From Candidatus Thalassarchaeaceae archaeon (GTDB taxonomy: Archaea > Thermoplasmatota > Poseidoniia > Poseidoniales > Thalassarchaeaceae), in assembly GCA_030748775.1 (NCBI GenBank), contig JASMLH010000006.1:3074-67073 (forward strand): DNA of 64,000 nucleotides, written 5' to 3'. This document shows positions 28,261-38,495 of the stretch, one piece after another. A program made the translations under genes and the position numbers. Below the pieces are notes generated by a model. It made no database searches, had not been told where the DNA came from, and saw only the letters and a list, made by a program, of their open reading frames with translations. Every line of letters begins with the position of its first letter. Position 1 is the stretch's first letter.

Positions 28261-28911
28261 ATGAGTGGGGCTGCAGTATTAGACGAGCTCCTTTCTAGGC
28301 AACCTGCCAGTATCCACAATTCCGAACGCAGACTGGCCAAGTTTGTACGCGAGGCGTATCCCATCGGAGTGCCGGCTATGATTATGAAATCTAGTACGGA
28401 TCGGATTGGGGAGTCTGCTGGATACTCGTTCCACTTGGGGACTCCAGATGAGATATTGAGGCTGATAGCATCATGGCTACTTACAGGGGCGGGAGATGAT
28501 CAGCGTGTCCTACTGAAGCTTGTGAAGAGACTTTGGAAAAGGCACGGCAGAGAGGATGTGGCACTAGCGGCACTAATTCTAGCAAACCTGGACCTCTCAA
28601 GAGAAAAGTCGGATCCTTGGGGGATACTAGCATCCAGCATCAATCAGAAGGAGCCGGCAGATGCTATTCTGCTAAGTATTGAGGAGATATTGAGAGCCGG
28701 ACATCCCCCGCCGACGGTGGAGATGCTGGTGACTTGGTGCAATGGCCGGATGGTGGATTCTCATCTAGCACTAATCTCGACGTACGTAGCATTCACCAGA
28801 AGTGGGGAGCTGAATGAGGAGATCAAAGAGATCCTAGCTGACGTTGAGGTCCCATCCGAGGATTCTCTACTTGGAAGAATAAAGGACAGATTGGAAGAGG
28901 TTGAGCCGTAG
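28261..28911 (+). CDS. Hypothetical helical-repeat protein (weak AlkD/ARM-like)
   Basis: LWKRHGREDVALAALIL pattern; ATG 4 nt after the upstream stop. Confidence 0.5.
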   Translation: MSGAAVLDELLSRQPASIHNSERRLAKFVREAYPIGVPAMIMKSSTDRIGESAGYSFHLGTPDEILRLIASWLLTGAGDDQRVLLKLVKRLWKRHGREDVALAALILANLDLSREKSDPWGILASSINQKEPADAILLSIEEILRAGHPPPTVEMLVTWCNGRMVDSHLALISTYVAFTRSGELNEEIKEILADVEVPSEDSLLGRIKDRLEEVEP

Positions 28912-28942
28912 AGCTCATTCGTAAAGGTGCTCTCTGGGGGGC

Positions 28943-29152
28943 ATGACGGAAAGGCTGCTGCCCTCCGATGATCCCGTTCTGGAGGAGGTTTTGGAGTGGA
29001 CTATCAAAAGAGACGCCCAGGATATATCTCAACTTATGGGCTGGCTGACAGAGGCAACGGTTAGGCGAGATCGCCAGATGTTAGTAGACCGTGCGCTAGA
29101 CCTAATGGAAGAAATTAGCCATGCAATGAGGCGTTTGGACGACCTAAGGTGA
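28943..29152 (+). CDS. Small hypothetical protein
   Basis: 69 aa helical ORF after G-rich RBS, in apparent operon with mobA. Confidence 0.6.
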   Translation: MTERLLPSDDPVLEEVLEWTIKRDAQDISQLMGWLTEATVRRDRQMLVDRALDLMEEISHAMRRLDDLR

Positions 29153-29156
29153 TGGT

Positions 29157-29723
29157 TTGCGTTCCTTATTGCTTGCAGGAGGTCGTTCTTCTAGGATGGG
29201 GACCGACAAGGCGCTAGTGCGCATAGAAGGGGCCACCATGATTTCCAGAATGGCAGAATCACTATCGAAAGCCGGATTGGAGCCAATCAGGATCTCGGTT
29301 TCATCGGCAGAGGATGTGGAGAGTTACGGTTCCACCATAGAAGTAGGTGCAAGCATAGAATGGGTTTTGGATAGCAAGCCCCATTCGGGCCCAATCGATG
29401 CGATAGCCGATGCGATTCTGGACCCACAATTACAAGGGACAGAGACCTTACAAATCTCACCAGTAGACTATCCCTGGTTATCCCCTGATTTGTTCCGGGC
29501 ATTGGAAGATGGCCTTGGAAAGTCCGATTCACTCATTATGCCCCATGATGGCGACAGGGCCCATCCACTGCTAGCATTAGTTAGGGTCGAGGCAATGAGA
29601 CTGATGCTGGGAACTGGTGACCGTAGGCCGCTACACCGCCAATTTGTAGAGGTTCCTCATTCAATATTGTTGGAGGATCCAACCTTGCTTAGAAACGTCA
29701 ATTCTCCCAAAGACCTAGAGTGA
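29157..29723 (+). CDS. mobA: Molybdenum cofactor guanylyltransferase
   Basis: LLAGGRSSRMGTDKA, SGPIDAI, PVDYP, HPLLA, NVNSPKDL; TTG start after GGTGA. Confidence 0.85.
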   Translation: MRSLLLAGGRSSRMGTDKALVRIEGATMISRMAESLSKAGLEPIRISVSSAEDVESYGSTIEVGASIEWVLDSKPHSGPIDAIADAILDPQLQGTETLQISPVDYPWLSPDLFRALEDGLGKSDSLIMPHDGDRAHPLLALVRVEAMRLMLGTGDRRPLHRQFVEVPHSILLEDPTLLRNVNSPKDLE

Positions 29724-30350
29724 TATCTCTCCTGTCGATAGCATGTCGATAATTTTGGGATATAGGGAATGCTCTACCTCCTTGACTCGCTCCTGAAGAG
29801 ATGTCTCGTCATCATTGGGTTTCACGGGGATGGACTGCTGGGCAAGAATTGGTCCGGAATCTACTCCCTCGTCAACTAGGTGAACAGTACAGCCAGTGAC
29901 CTTGGCACCTGCAGAAAGGACGTCCCTGTGGGCATGTGCACCTGGAAAATCAGGAAGCAGGGATGGGTGTATGTTCACCAGTCTTCCCTTCCAGTGGCCA
30001 ACGAACCATGGAGTTAGTATTCGCATGTAACCGCTAAGCACAACTAACTCGATTTCACATTCGATCAGCTGTCTGTGAATCTCTTCCTCATGAGTAGTCC
30101 TCTGAGCAAGTGAGTCAGTGATATCCATCAAAGGAATTGAGAGCGTTTTGACTCCTGAATCTCTACCATGCTGCAGGCCACCTGCATTTTCTCTGTCCGA
30201 AAGAACGAGCACGGTCCTGTGCGCGCAGCTTGACGCTGATTGGTGCTCCAATAGGGAGAGTAGTCCCGAGCCTCCTCCAGAAATCAATACAGCCAGCCTC
30301 AGCGGGTCATTCGAGGAGGCGGTCCTGGGAAGTATGAATTCGCTCCCCAT
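29715..30350 (-). CDS. purN: Phosphoribosylglycinamide formyltransferase
   Basis: VLISGGGS, LSGYMRIL, NIHPSLLP, TGCTVHLVDEGVDSGPI. Confidence 0.95.
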   Translation of the reverse strand: MGSEFILPRTASSNDPLRLAVLISGGGSGLLSLLEHQSASSCAHRTVLVLSDRENAGGLQHGRDSGVKTLSIPLMDITDSLAQRTTHEEEIHRQLIECEIELVVLSGYMRILTPWFVGHWKGRLVNIHPSLLPDFPGAHAHRDVLSAGAKVTGCTVHLVDEGVDSGPILAQQSIPVKPNDDETSLQERVKEVEHSLYPKIIDMLSTGEISL

Positions 30351-30427
30351 GGCACATTGGAGGTAGTTCGGCGCTTGAGGGTTGGCAAGACGCTATCTTA
30401 AACGCAATATGTAATTCCGGCCACACA

Positions 30428-30913
30428 ATGGATAGGCTAGAGGCAATTGACGAAGTCGTTGATGCGTACTGCGTGGCTAGCAGTCCTTCGAAAAGCAAGT
30501 TGTACGTCGGAATTGGTTCCATTCTCCTAGTATTTGCGTTTGTTGGGATTTGGGTACCGGGTTTGCCGACCGTCTCATTCGCTGTTCCTGCTGCTTTCCT
30601 GTTCTCACTTTCAAGTGAGAGAATGTTCAGACTCACTCTGACAAACCGGTTCTTTGGTGAGGCGCTATTCGAATACTATGCTACTGGAAAGACTATCCCG
30701 GCCCACGCCAAATACACTACAATTGCCATGATTGGCATAATGACTGCCCTGTCATCTTACTTCGTTTGGTATGTTTCTACAAAAGGAGAAGGAGCGATTG
30801 GGGATCCGGCTTCATGGAATGGCCCGGACCCGGGGTTCGGAGCTGTGTCAATAATTCTTGTAGGTCTACTGGGAATGTGGTACGTCGGATTTAAGGTTCC
30901 GTCCAGAAGATAG
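30428..30913 (+). CDS. YbaN/DUF454 family membrane protein
   Basis: GIWVPGLPTVSF..A..FSLSS..FG..Y..IPAHAK. Confidence 0.8.
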   Translation: MDRLEAIDEVVDAYCVASSPSKSKLYVGIGSILLVFAFVGIWVPGLPTVSFAVPAAFLFSLSSERMFRLTLTNRFFGEALFEYYATGKTIPAHAKYTTIAMIGIMTALSSYFVWYVSTKGEGAIGDPASWNGPDPGFGAVSIILVGLLGMWYVGFKVPSRR

Positions 30914-30966
30914 CTGCCAAACTGAAACACTATTGCAGGGCCCCGCTTCGGGTTAGAACGAAGGCC

Positions 30967-32109
30967 ATGAATTTTGACACCAACGCGGTAAGGGGTAAGA
31001 GTAAGCCTGACCCAACTACTGGGGCGATAATCCCCCCGATATACCAAACAGCGACTTACGTCCTAGAAGAGGTCGGCAAGGACAAGGGGTTCGACTACAC
31101 AAGATCTTCCAATCCCACTAGGCAGGACTTGGAAGAGCACCTAGCTGCGATAGAAGGGGGTAAGCATGCAATTGCCTTCTCAAGCGGGATGGCTAGCGCG
31201 GATAGTTGCATGAAGTTGCTAAGCAAGGGTGACCACGTTGTCTGCTGCGACGACGTCTATGGTGGAACCGCTAGACTGTTCAACAAACTGATGACCAACT
31301 ATGGGGTTGAGTTCACCTATGTCGACTCACAAAATGCTGCAAATGTGGAGGAGGCAATTAGGCCAAACACGAAGATGCTTTGGATTGAGACCCCAACGAA
31401 CCCGTTGCTGAAGGTGACGGACCTCGAGGCAGTCGGGAATATAGCGAATGAGCGCGAACTGCTGTATGTGGTAGACACGACTTTCGCCACACCTGTTTTT
31501 CTTCGTCCGCTGGAATATGGGGCTGACATTGTACTTCACAGCCTGACAAAATACCTCAGTGGTCACAATCAGTTAATCGGTGGGGCTCTAATTACTAACC
31601 GACAGGACTTGTTTGAGGAGCTAAAGTACATCCAGAAGAGCGTGGGTGCGGTTCCCAGTCCATTTGACTGTTGGTTGACAATAATTGGCCTCAAGACTCT
31701 TCATCTGAGGATGAGCAGGCACTGGGAAAACGCCGAGAAGATTGCTGAATACTTAGTGGGCCATCCTAAGGTTTCCCGGGTAATCTACCCTGGCCTAGAG
31801 TCCCATCCAATGCATGAGGTGGCAAAGAGTCAGATGAGTGGCTTTAGCGGGATGATATCATTCGAACTGCATGGTGGCCTAGAGGCAGGGAAGAAGCTGA
31901 TGAACTCGGTGGAGTTATGCATGCTAGCGGAGAGTCTCGGCGCAGTCGAGACCATGATCACTCATCCGGCAACAATGACGCATGCAGAAGTCCCCAGGGA
32001 AGAGCGTTTAGCAAGGGGCTTCGGAGACGGCCTTGTGAGATTGTCTGTTGGAATTGAAGATGTTGAAGACCTGATTTCGGATCTTGACAGTGCATTCGAG
32101 AAGGTCTGA
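30967..32109 (+). CDS. Cystathionine gamma-lyase/gamma-synthase (trans-sulfuration family)
   Basis: PPIYQTATY, DYTRSSNPTR, DDVYGGT, ETPTNP, HSLTKYLSGH, AESLGAVE, RLSVGIED. Confidence 0.92.
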   Translation: MNFDTNAVRGKSKPDPTTGAIIPPIYQTATYVLEEVGKDKGFDYTRSSNPTRQDLEEHLAAIEGGKHAIAFSSGMASADSCMKLLSKGDHVVCCDDVYGGTARLFNKLMTNYGVEFTYVDSQNAANVEEAIRPNTKMLWIETPTNPLLKVTDLEAVGNIANERELLYVVDTTFATPVFLRPLEYGADIVLHSLTKYLSGHNQLIGGALITNRQDLFEELKYIQKSVGAVPSPFDCWLTIIGLKTLHLRMSRHWENAEKIAEYLVGHPKVSRVIYPGLESHPMHEVAKSQMSGFSGMISFELHGGLEAGKKLMNSVELCMLAESLGAVETMITHPATMTHAEVPREERLARGFGDGLVRLSVGIEDVEDLISDLDSAFEKV

Positions 32110-33147
32110 TTAATCCCATTTCTCCGGATCCCAACCGTTCTCGCGGAGCCATTCGTCGTTGTAGAATTTAGAGAGGTAGGGGTTTCCAGCATCCGGAAGG
32201 ATGGCCACAACCATAGCAGTCTCCCCCTTTTCCTCGGCCCTCCTAGCAACATCTAGGGCTACTTTGATCGAGCCCCCGCAGGATCCTCCGCAGAACATTC
32301 CCTCTTTCTTTGCCAGAGTCCTTGCCCATTGGAAGCAGTCTCCGTCGTCAACCTGGTGAATCTCGTCAATCAATGAGAAGTCGGTGGCAGATGGAATGAA
32401 ATCCTCGCCGAATCCCTCTACTTGGTACGTATGAGGCTCTCCCATCGTACCCTCTTCAAACCATTCCTTTAGTATGGAGCCTGCTGCATCCACTCCAATT
32501 ATTCTAGGAGGAGCCTTGTCGTTTGACTCGGACAGTTCCCTCAAAGCCCTCGCCGTTCCAGAAATTGTTCCGCCGGTGCCCATGGTAGCCACATAATGTG
32601 TTATGCTGCCCTCTGTCTGCTCCCAAATCTCGGGTCCCGTGGATAGATAGTGGGCTAGGGGGTTGGACTGGTGAGAGTATTGGTCGGGATACCAAGCCCC
32701 GGGAATCTCCCTGCCAAGTCGGGCTGCAACTTCGTAGTATGATTGGGGGTCTTCTTTCTCGACGGCAGTTGGGCAAACGTGGACTTCGGCACCTATCGCA
32801 CGTAATAGGTCAATCTTCTCCTTGCTCATCTTATCAGGCATTGTGAAAACGCATCTGTATCCCCTCTGAGCAGCCACCATTGCAAGTCCAATTCCCGTGT
32901 TCCCAGAGGTTGCCTCAACTATGGTCCCCCCTTTCTCCAGAAGACCCTTCGACTCAGCATCGAGTACCATCTGCAGTGCAATCCTGTCCTTGATTGAGCC
33001 ACCTGGATTGCACCTCTCCAACTTGACCCAAACAGAGGATGACTGCAAATGCTCAGTCAATCGATTTAGCCGAATCAGTGGAGTGTTCCCAATTGCAGAG
33101 ACCACGTCTGGGTAGGTGTTGGGTGGTCCTGACGAGCCGCCAGCCAT
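32110..33147 (-). CDS. Cystathionine beta-synthase / cysteine synthase family protein
   Basis: IGNTPL, NPGGSIKDR, EATSGNTG, MPDKMSKEK, SYY, GTGGT, VEGFGEDF, YLSKFYNDEW (CBS-like features). Confidence 0.9.
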   Translation of the reverse strand: MAGGSSGPPNTYPDVVSAIGNTPLIRLNRLTEHLQSSSVWVKLERCNPGGSIKDRIALQMVLDAESKGLLEKGGTIVEATSGNTGIGLAMVAAQRGYRCVFTMPDKMSKEKIDLLRAIGAEVHVCPTAVEKEDPQSYYEVAARLGREIPGAWYPDQYSHQSNPLAHYLSTGPEIWEQTEGSITHYVATMGTGGTISGTARALRELSESNDKAPPRIIGVDAAGSILKEWFEEGTMGEPHTYQVEGFGEDFIPSATDFSLIDEIHQVDDGDCFQWARTLAKKEGMFCGGSCGGSIKVALDVARRAEEKGETAMVVAILPDAGNPYLSKFYNDEWLRENGWDPEKWD

Positions 33148-33198
33148 GAAGGGCCATCGTATCACGAGGTATGATGATGTCGCAATGAATAGTAGAAT

Positions 33199-34782
33199 TC
33201 AGTGTAGGAACAGTCTGGTTCCCGTGAAAATCATAGCAATTCCATGCTCATTGGCGGCATCTATTACCTCGTGATCCCGGACTGAGCCTCCTGGCTGGAC
33301 AATCGATTTCACCCCGACATCATGTGCTGAGTCTATACTGTCTCGGAAGGGGAAAAATGCGTCGGAGATTAGCATGGAGCCAGCTGATCTCTTACCTGCC
33401 CTAGCAGAAGCAATTCTCACCGCCTCGACCCTACTTGTTTGTCCTGGCCCGACTCCCACGGTACAGAATCCTGTTTCATTTCTAGAAACAAGCAGAATGG
33501 CGTTTGACTTTGTCTCTGCAATAACCATGCAACCGAACCTAGCCAAATCCCTGTCAGATTCTTCTATCTGCTTCTCAGTTACTGATGAGCAAGTCGACCA
33601 ATCGAACGAGGGGGGTCCCTGGGACTGCGAAAGCCATCCACCGTCTACTTGACGGAGCCTGATTCCATCTTGCTTGGAGTTTATCGGGTCAAGAGACATC
33701 ATCCTCCTGTTTTTCTTTGTGGAAAGTACTTCCAAGGCCTCGGGTTCGTATCCAGGTGCAATCATGCACTCGAAGAAATGCTCGCCAATCTCCAATGCTG
33801 TTTCCAGTTGGACCTTTGTGGTGAATGCGATTACGCATCCGAACGCACTTTCTGGGTCGCTTGAAAGTGCACTCTTCCATGCTCCCAACTGGGATTTATC
33901 GATTGATGCCCCACATGGATTTGTATGTTTCACAATGACACAGGCATGGTTCTCTGGGAACTCAGTCACGAGGGATCTTGTCACTCTCAGAGCTCCATCG
34001 AGATCGAGATAGTTATTGTATGAAAGTGGCTTTCCTCCGCTCTGAGTGGCCAAGGAGAGGCCGGATTTCTCCCTACTAGAGTCTGGATAGAAAGCAGCTG
34101 TCTGGTGAGGGTTCTCCCCGTATCGTAGAGGAGTCCCCTGCCCAGAAGAGACTTGCACTCTTGATGGGGTAACGGAATCCGAGAACCTCCTATCGAGCTC
34201 GTTCGAAACTGAGGAATCGTACGAAGCTGTGCATTGGAACGCTGCCAGTGCAAGCTCCTTCCTCTTTTCGATGCCTATTCCTGTCGGATTACCCTCAGAC
34301 GCCTTCAGGTCTTCTAGAAATCCCATGTATTGGCTTGGGTTGGTTAGAACAATTACGTCTTCATGGTTCTTTGCTGCAGACCTGATCATGGTAGGGCCAC
34401 CGATGTCTATCATCTCGATGAGTTCGGGAAGAGTTGCTTTTGGCTCTCTTTCGGCCGTATCTTCGAAAGGATATAGATTAATGCAGACCAGGTCAATTGT
34501 TCCATAGCCAAGACCTTCCAGTGTTTCCATGTCTTGCTTGTTCTTTCTTCTTGAAAGAATGCCAGCATGCACTGCGGGGTGTAGAGTCTTGACCCGCCCT
34601 TCGAGAACCTCGGGATGATTCGTAATTTCTGACACATCGGTTACCGCAATTCCAGATTCCCTAAGCGTCCTTGAAGTTCCGCCGGTAGATATGACTTCCC
34701 AACCCAAACCCGCCAATTCAGAGGCGAGTTCGGAAATTCCTGATTTTTCCCAGACGCTAAGAAGTGCGCGAGGGGGGGCCAT
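33199..34782 (-). CDS. purH: Bifunctional AICAR transformylase/IMP cyclohydrolase
   Basis: ALLSV, STGGT, GRVKTLHP, IDIGGPT, LRYGENPHQ, KHTNPCG, SDAFFPF, QPGGS. Confidence 0.96.
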   Translation of the reverse strand: MAPPRALLSVWEKSGISELASELAGLGWEVISTGGTSRTLRESGIAVTDVSEITNHPEVLEGRVKTLHPAVHAGILSRRKNKQDMETLEGLGYGTIDLVCINLYPFEDTAEREPKATLPELIEMIDIGGPTMIRSAAKNHEDVIVLTNPSQYMGFLEDLKASEGNPTGIGIEKRKELALAAFQCTASYDSSVSNELDRRFSDSVTPSRVQVSSGQGTPLRYGENPHQTAAFYPDSSREKSGLSLATQSGGKPLSYNNYLDLDGALRVTRSLVTEFPENHACVIVKHTNPCGASIDKSQLGAWKSALSSDPESAFGCVIAFTTKVQLETALEIGEHFFECMIAPGYEPEALEVLSTKKNRRMMSLDPINSKQDGIRLRQVDGGWLSQSQGPPSFDWSTCSSVTEKQIEESDRDLARFGCMVIAETKSNAILLVSRNETGFCTVGVGPGQTSRVEAVRIASARAGKRSAGSMLISDAFFPFRDSIDSAHDVGVKSIVQPGGSVRDHEVIDAANEHGIAMIFTGTRLFLH

Positions 34783-34823
34783 GACTATGCGTTAGTGAGA
34801 TGGCCTTGAATGGTTCGTGTGGC

Positions 34824-36392
34824 CTAATCCCCTCTGGATGAGATGACCTGATCTATCCTGAGCATACTCATCGCGGTCTCAGTTGCTGACTCTAGAGATT
34901 TCTCGATGACTGAGCTGGGATGCCAAACCCCGTCAACTGCCCATGTCTTTCCATCTGGTGAGACGCCCATTGGTTCAGTCCCGTCCCTAGCCGAGGCACG
35001 AAGTTCCAGCACCCTATCGAGTGGATCGCCCCCTCCATTTTCTGCCAGAGTAGCGGGTATCGTCTCTAGTGCCCTTGCAAATGCCTCCATGGCAAGCCTC
35101 TCTCTGCCCCCCTGCGCATCGGATGCATCGCGGACTGCCTGGGCCATCCTACAATGAGTTGCGCCAGCACCCGGAAGGACTGTCTCGCCCATAGCAAGGG
35201 AGGTGGCCCTCAAAGAGTCGTGCAGTCCTCTGATTACCTCCTCGGTTCCCGTCTCGCCGGCTCCGCCGACCTCGATGGTCACTACCGATGGACTGGGGCA
35301 ATCTTCAATCCTTATGATGTCCTCAACGCTATCTGACTCCTGTTTTCTCTCCCAGGAGATTTTTCCGCATTTGCCAAGGTCTCCTGTTTCGATATCCATG
35401 GGTGATTCTACAATCCTCGCCCCCAGAGTATCTGCTGCGTTTCTAATCTCACTAGAGTCAAGATCTCCGATAGCTAGTATACCACTGTCTGAGAGTTGGT
35501 GGAGAATGTCACGGTCTATTTCACCGGAACATAGAATGGCCATTGCCCCACTATCAATTATACAGTTACAAATCTCATCCTTGCGTTGAGACTCCGCCTC
35601 TATGAACAAGTCAAGCTGACCAGAATTGGAAATTTTAACCTCTGCGTCGCGAGTAAGTTCTCTTATCTTCAGATCACCATCGAAGCAAGCTACTCGAGCA
35701 TCTTTCAGGTTGTTTGGAAGCCCATCCATTTGCACCCTCCGCCTGAATGTAAATCCCCTCACTAAACGTGAGTTCCGAAGTCCCCCGGTTCCCGTCTTAA
35801 ACATACAAACGTGCTCGGCAGAAGCCTCGCCTCTGTTTTGATACACCGTCTCTAGGGCTTCTACAATTATCGGGGAGAAGTGGTCCAGTGCAGACTCTGC
35901 CCCCTTGCCTCTGAGGGCTGTTTCCGAAACGGCCTCAATCTGGCGTTCATCTGGCTCTATTGCGTCGGCATTTGCCTTTTTTCTTGCGGCCTCCAGAGCA
36001 AGGGAATATCCCTCTATTAGGGTAAGTGGATGAAGCCCCTTCCGAAGAAGATTGTTTGCCTCAATGAGCAATGAGCCACATATCAGCATCGTTGTAGTTA
36101 CTCCGTCTCCGCAGCTCTCTTCCTGGGACTCTGCCATAGACACCATCATCTTCGCTGCTGGATGCCGGACGAGCAGCTCTGCCACAATCTTCGCACCGTC
36201 ATTAGTTACCGCTGTTGTTCCATCCGTTTTGTAGAGCATCTTATCCAGTCCACGTGGTCCGAATGTGGGCTTTAATAAATCAGAAAATACACGGGCTGCG
36301 ATGATTAGTTTCTCTTGGACCTCGGTTCCACTAGTGACGTTGGTGTGCTCGGGAAGAATGGTAACTCTGGGCCTATCGGTTCCCTCGCTCAT
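34824..36392 (-). CDS. Group II chaperonin (thermosome) subunit, divergent
   Basis: PTFGPRGLDKML, TNDGAKI, HPAAK, GDGVTTT, ALETIPATLAENGG, LRID. Confidence 0.9.
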   Translation of the reverse strand: MSEGTDRPRVTILPEHTNVTSGTEVQEKLIIAARVFSDLLKPTFGPRGLDKMLYKTDGTTAVTNDGAKIVAELLVRHPAAKMMVSMAESQEESCGDGVTTTMLICGSLLIEANNLLRKGLHPLTLIEGYSLALEAARKKANADAIEPDERQIEAVSETALRGKGAESALDHFSPIIVEALETVYQNRGEASAEHVCMFKTGTGGLRNSRLVRGFTFRRRVQMDGLPNNLKDARVACFDGDLKIRELTRDAEVKISNSGQLDLFIEAESQRKDEICNCIIDSGAMAILCSGEIDRDILHQLSDSGILAIGDLDSSEIRNAADTLGARIVESPMDIETGDLGKCGKISWERKQESDSVEDIIRIEDCPSPSVVTIEVGGAGETGTEEVIRGLHDSLRATSLAMGETVLPGAGATHCRMAQAVRDASDAQGGRERLAMEAFARALETIPATLAENGGGDPLDRVLELRASARDGTEPMGVSPDGKTWAVDGVWHPSSVIEKSLESATETAMSMLRIDQVISSRGD

Positions 36393-36498
36393 GCATTACG
36401 GGCGTAACAGGCTGACATGAATGCTTTGAGGGTGCAATTCGTTCCCTGGTCTCTGCTTCATGGCGAACTTCTATGTCATACATGATTGACGATAATAC

Positions 36499-37449
36499 GT
36501 GGGAATAGGAAGTCGGGCCTTCTCTGTTTCGATTTTGCTTGCAGTATCATTGCTAGCCTATCCAATATCATCCGCACAGCAAATCTTCCCCTCAATTGAA
36601 TTGGACTGTCTGGAGTCGGAAGTAGAGTTTGATCTTCCGGATTCCGAGGTTTCAACAGTTCAATGTTCAGTGGAGAATCCCCACACTTACTCAGAAAAGG
36701 TAGAGTTGGACTATGACTCTGCAGACATCATAGTTTCTGGACCCGATTCTATATCGGTGGAAGGCGGGGGCAAGGAGTCCTTTGAAGTCAGCATGAGGGC
36801 AGGCAACTCAGTCTATTATGGAAACCATGAGGTTAACGTATCGGCTCATGTAACCGAAGCTGGAGGGGTCCCTGTCGGAATAATAACCGATTCAGAGGAG
36901 GTTGTGATTACTGCATTGGTCCCTGAGTGGATATCATGTGACGCGAACTATGGAATCGGGACTCTGACTGTCGAGGCAGGGCAAGATGCTGCTTTCTCCG
37001 CATCATACTCTTGTGAGGGCAACAAAAACCAGAGTCTGGATGTGGAGCTTCACTTGGTCTCAGAGGGAGCCTCCCAGGAATCAATGTGGCCCTCTGGATT
37101 CAATGACATAAGCAGCCAAGATTGCAGTGTGGAAATCTCGGGTGGTGACGGGGTCGTCAATTGTCAATTCATAGTGACAACGCCCCCGAATCTTGAAGAC
37201 TCCTGGAGTGGTTGCATAGTGCTGTTGGATGAGAGGTCTATGAGCTCATTGTCATGTGAAGTAGAGGACTCTCTGGAGTTCGTTGTCAATTCCAAGGAGT
37301 CTGGAATAGGGGATATTGGGATAGGAGGCAATGGTAGCATTTTCGAGGATTTGGGCGTGTCCGAAGAATCGGGACTTTACCTGATAGGAGCGGGAGTGGT
37401 GGTGCTTTGTGCTATTGGCCTTGGATTCTATTTCAGAAGAAGGGGCTAG
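36499..37449 (+). CDS. Secreted, C-terminally anchored Cys-rich surface protein (choice-of-anchor-T-like)
   Basis: Signal peptide, CSVENP Ig-like domain, several Cys, C-terminal TM followed by RRRG. Confidence 0.65.
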   Translation: MGIGSRAFSVSILLAVSLLAYPISSAQQIFPSIELDCLESEVEFDLPDSEVSTVQCSVENPHTYSEKVELDYDSADIIVSGPDSISVEGGGKESFEVSMRAGNSVYYGNHEVNVSAHVTEAGGVPVGIITDSEEVVITALVPEWISCDANYGIGTLTVEAGQDAAFSASYSCEGNKNQSLDVELHLVSEGASQESMWPSGFNDISSQDCSVEISGGDGVVNCQFIVTTPPNLEDSWSGCIVLLDERSMSSLSCEVEDSLEFVVNSKESGIGDIGIGGNGSIFEDLGVSEESGLYLIGAGVVVLCAIGLGFYFRRRG

Positions 37450-37772
37450 CCCAATACGGCTACCAACCACCGTATGGAAAGCGAAGAGGTCAGGGCTAGA
37501 GGCACGGACGCACTAGTTGAGAAGTTGAATGATTCTGTGAAGATGTAGAACTGTAGGACTGTTAGAGCTAGAATTATGGAGGCGTCGATGGCCATCGGCT
37601 TTCCTATTCCCGAGTGGTGCAAGATATGGGACCTCTCTCTGATTGCAACGATTGCTATTGCGATTGAGAATGCTAGAATTGCATGGCCCAAAACCCAACC
37701 TACCGTCTCTCCAAAGACATCGACTATATCATTCTGGAACCGTCCCAACACCATCGCAGCGAAGTCGACCAT
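37446..37772 (-). CDS. Hypothetical membrane protein
   Basis: 108 aa, about 3 TM segments. Confidence 0.6.
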   Translation of the reverse strand: MVDFAAMVLGRFQNDIVDVFGETVGWVLGHAILAFSIAIAIVAIRERSHILHHSGIGKPMAIDASIILALTVLQFYIFTESFNFSTSASVPLALTSSLSIRWLVAVLG

Positions 37773-37819
37773 GGAGGTGGGCGGGGTTGGAGATTCTTGA
37801 ACTGTGCGAGTAGGGGAAA

Positions 37820-38467
37820 TCAGTTCTTTCGTAGAATGAACTGCCCCCCGATTATCTTGTGAATCTTGACGTCGTTTTCACTAACGAAATCAGAAACTGC
37901 CTCCTTAACCGGGATTTGTTTTGCATCTTCTCTAGAAGGCTGGAGGTAGTCGTCACCAGTTAGGTATCCCCCTGTTTTGACCTTAGGCAGGTATAGCTCC
38001 AAATCCAACCTAACGAAATCATAGTCGTGGTTACCATCGACATACACCCAATCAAAGAAGTCATCTGGGAAATCGGCGTGGGCTATTTCTGAGCGGCCTC
38101 TATGCAAAGAAACCTCGGTGTTTTCGGAGAACCTTTCTCTTACGGAGGTAAAAATCTCATCCATATCTGACTGGTCAGACGCCTTAGTTCCACCATACCA
38201 GCGAGTAGGGAAATTTGGTTGGAATTCCCATGGATCAATTAGATGCAATTCTGCTGGTTTCGTAATTTCTAGAATTCTCTTGGAAAAGTCTCCTTTCCAG
38301 ACTCCTATCTCAGCACATATTGACCCCTTTGGCATCATCTTCAGAAGACGTTTTCTGTGGTCTGTGATGAAAGAGAAAATTCCAGTCAGCCCCCTAATGT
38401 CAAATGCGAACAACAATTTGGGTGGGGGTTCGATTATCAAGTCTTTCAGTTCTACATTACGCGACAC
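37820..38467 (-). CDS. Class I SAM methyltransferase (Methyltransf_24-like)
   Basis: AEIGVWKGDFS, LIDPW, DWVYVDGNHDY, GGYLTGDDY. Confidence 0.85.
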   Translation of the reverse strand: MSRNVELKDLIIEPPPKLLFAFDIRGLTGIFSFITDHRKRLLKMMPKGSICAEIGVWKGDFSKRILEITKPAELHLIDPWEFQPNFPTRWYGGTKASDQSDMDEIFTSVRERFSENTEVSLHRGRSEIAHADFPDDFFDWVYVDGNHDYDFVRLDLELYLPKVKTGGYLTGDDYLQPSREDAKQIPVKEAVSDFVSENDVKIHKIIGGQFILRKN

Positions 38468-38495
38468 TAATTACCACGGTTCTCCTGCAGGAGTC

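Noticed and set aside
38118-38495. N-terminal extension of the GT2 ORF
   Set aside because: Lies antisense to the methyltransferase; the GT2 motif begins right after ATG 38496.
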